A stretch of DNA of 63,366 nt, counting the filler. It is 3 parts of 3 records of this genome, joined end to end, with 100 filler letters (N's around TTAATTAATTAA, not from the genome) between each part and the next. Parts side by side here need not be neighbours in the genome. Positions count along the whole stretch, not along the records: positions 56,710 to 63,366 come from SRR20825006_1979; 2 more parts are not named here. One strand, written 5' to 3'. The notes beneath the pieces were generated by a model. That model had not been told where the DNA came from, searched no databases, and was given only the letters and a program-made list of their open reading frames with translations. A program made the translations under genes and the position numbers. Below are positions 61,484 through 63,366 of this stretch, piece by piece. Each line of letters begins with the position of its first letter. Position 1 is the first letter of the stretch.

Positions 61484-62425
61484 TCAGAATTGATCAATAT
61501 GGCTCTCGCCTCCAACCGCATCATTCCGCGAAATATCGACATCACGCAATGCACGGCGCATGAATTCCAAAAGTGACTGCACCTTTGCGCTGCGCGTAAC
61601 ACCCGACGGATAAACGGCATATACTTCAAGATCTTGCAAAGCACATTCAGGCAGAACCCTGATCAAATCTCCATTCCTGATTTCCTGTTCGATATCGCAC
61701 AGTGGCACAATAGCCAATCCATGCCCGCCTCGCACAAACTGCAAGCGCGCCGTTGCATTATCGACCCGTACATTGCCCGAGACACGCACCCGTTTCTCAA
61801 CACCATCACAGCTAAGCGAAAGGGTTTCAGGAACGCGGCTATACATCACCCATTCATGCTCCGCCAACGCATCTGGTGTTTCAGGCAGGCCAGCCCGATC
61901 AATATAGGATTTGCTCGCCGTAATAATCCGCTGCGTTTGATAGAGTTTGAAACTTTTAAGATCGGAACTTTTAAGCGGCCCGGAACGAATTCCGATATCA
62001 ATCCCCTGCCCGATCAGATCGACGACCTCGTCGGTTAAATGGACATCAATGGCAACCCCGGGATAGGCCCGCCGGAATTGATCAAGGATCGGCACAATGC
62101 GCATTGTGCCAAGATGCACCGAGGATGTGATCGAAATTTTACCGACCGGTTCATCACGCAATTCTTCCACCCGCTTACGCGCAGCTTCGGCTTCCAACGT
62201 TATGGTTCGGCAACTGTCGTAATATCGCGTTCCTGCATCGGTCAGACTGAAATTGCGTGTACTTCGACGCAGAAGCGGCACACCAAGTTTGCCTTCAAGC
62301 TGCCGGATCTGATGGGAAATCGCTGCGCGACTTAACCCCATCTTGCGCGCAGCAGCAGAAAAGCCACCTTCTTCAACCACACGGGCAAAAATCATCATGG
62401 CCCGGACTTCGTCTAATGCCGACAT
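61484..62425 (-). CDS. LysR regulator (CrgA/DmlR-like)
   Basis: FARVVEEGGFSAAA, LE..LG..L.RSTR, DEVVDL...GIDIGIR. Confidence 0.95.
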   Translation of the reverse strand: MSALDEVRAMMIFARVVEEGGFSAAARKMGLSRAAISHQIRQLEGKLGVPLLRRSTRNFSLTDAGTRYYDSCRTITLEAEAARKRVEELRDEPVGKISITSSVHLGTMRIVPILDQFRRAYPGVAIDVHLTDEVVDLIGQGIDIGIRSGPLKSSDLKSFKLYQTQRIITASKSYIDRAGLPETPDALAEHEWVMYSRVPETLSLSCDGVEKRVRVSGNVRVDNATARLQFVRGGHGLAIVPLCDIEQEIRNGDLIRVLPECALQDLEVYAVYPSGVTRSAKVQSLLEFMRRALRDVDISRNDAVGGESHIDQF

Positions 62426-62530
62426 TTACATGCTCATTTAATTTGACAATCTGTTCATATCTTCGATCTATCGCAAATTTTGTCAGCCAGTTATCGTCAT
62501 GGCAAATGAATTCGACGCAAGGAGGATCCA

Positions 62531-63211
62531 ATGCGTATTCTGATGATTGTCACATCCCACGACCAAATGGGCGACACCGGCCACAAGACCGGTATCTGGC
62601 TTGAAGAATTTGCTGCCCCCTATTACCGCTTCCTGGATGCCGGAGCCGAAATTACGCTGGCATCCCCAAAAGGCGGTCAACCACCACTTGATCCCAACAG
62701 TCAGGTGTCTGATGCCCTGACCGATGCGACCAAGCGGTTTGAGAACGATGACGCGGCAAAAACCGTCTTTGCCAATACCGTCAAGCTGGACGGATTAAAC
62801 GCCGATGATTATGACGCGCTGTTTTATCCCGGTGGTCATGGTCCACTTTGGGATTTGGCAACCGATGCCAAGTCAATCGCATTGGTCGAGGCTTTTGTCG
62901 CTCAGAACAAACCGGTCGCCGCAGTCTGTCACGGCCCTGCTGCACTGGTAAATGCCAAGGGTTCGGATGGCAAACCGCTGGTGGCTGGCAAGAAAGTCAC
63001 CGGTTTCACCAATGACGAAGAAAAGGCAGTTGGCCTTGAAAAGGTTGTGCCCCTTTCGATTGAAGACGAATTCAAAAAACAGGGCGGCCTTTATGAGCGC
63101 GGCGATATGTGGGCATCCTATGCCGTTGTCGATGGCAAACTGGTGACCGGTCAAAACCCGGCATCAAGCGATGCCACAGCCGATGAAGTTATGAAGCTTT
63201 TGCAAGCGTGA
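62531..63211 (+). CDS. DJ-1/PfpI (type 1 glutamine amidotransferase-like, glyoxalase III-like) protein
   Basis: TG.WLEEF..PY, PGGHGPLWDL, AVCHGP, TGQNPAS. Confidence 0.94.
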   Translation: MRILMIVTSHDQMGDTGHKTGIWLEEFAAPYYRFLDAGAEITLASPKGGQPPLDPNSQVSDALTDATKRFENDDAAKTVFANTVKLDGLNADDYDALFYPGGHGPLWDLATDAKSIALVEAFVAQNKPVAAVCHGPAALVNAKGSDGKPLVAGKKVTGFTNDEEKAVGLEKVVPLSIEDEFKKQGGLYERGDMWASYAVVDGKLVTGQNPASSDATADEVMKLLQA

Positions 63212-63234
63212 TAAATCTGACTCTTTGATTGAAC

Positions 63235-63273
63235 AAAAAAAGCCGCCCGTCTCCTTAGAAACGGGCGGATTTC
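63235..63273. terminator. Terminator hairpin after the DJ-1 gene
   Basis: A7 run, CCGCCCGT...ACGGGCGG stem, then ATTTC. Confidence 0.7.
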
Positions 63274-63366
63274 TATTAGTCTGATGATTAAAATCAGCCA
63301 AGTATTTTGTCGCGAAGCATCTTGTTGACCATCCCAGGGTTGGCTTTGCCACCCGTGGATTTCATG

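Noticed and set aside
56710-63366. Novel system in segment C
   Set aside because: All genes are ordinary families in expected arrangements (pqiAB, argP/argO, tdk, LysR with DJ-1)

Overview
The window is not one locus. It is three unrelated contigs joined by artificial 100-nt spacers (N44-TTAATTAATTAA-N44 at 25074-25173 and 56610-56709). Segment A (1-25073) looks like a Roseobacter-group Rhodobacteraceae chromosome: groEL, purEK, an hsp20 with RpoH promoter and ROSE-like thermometer, sat-cysC, a CyaC-like cyclase, trxB, pgeF, lgt and proC. Accessory genes include a PruR-like pterin-binding protein with an orphan sensor kinase, a GT10 glycosyltransferase, a GSCFA fusion and a Cys-less Hint protein. 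Segment B (25174-56609) looks myxobacterial or Bradymonadia-like: truD, large low-complexity Thr-motif proteins, lysC, a membrane pseudokinase, ggt, PiT, an LmrA/YxaF-type TetR with two visible operators, a TIGR04551 barrel, mce, an HD hydrolase, nth, prkA-yeaH-spoVR (spoVR split by a 402-aa HTH+LAGLIDADG intein) and pyrD. Segment C (56710-63366) is a lower-GC alphaproteobacterium, possibly Thalassospira-like: pqiAB, argP-argO, tdk, LysR and DJ-1/PfpI. Taxonomy is inferred from gene content and composition only. The strongest unannotated signal is a candidate ~200-nt minus-strand sRNA at 33590-33790. It has its own sigma70-like promoter, a 27-bp G-U-rich closing stem, three UCCCUCC anti-Shine-Dalgarno motifs spaced exactly 25 nt apart, and a terminator. 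Segment B also has four unrelated perfect 26-30-bp inverted repeats.
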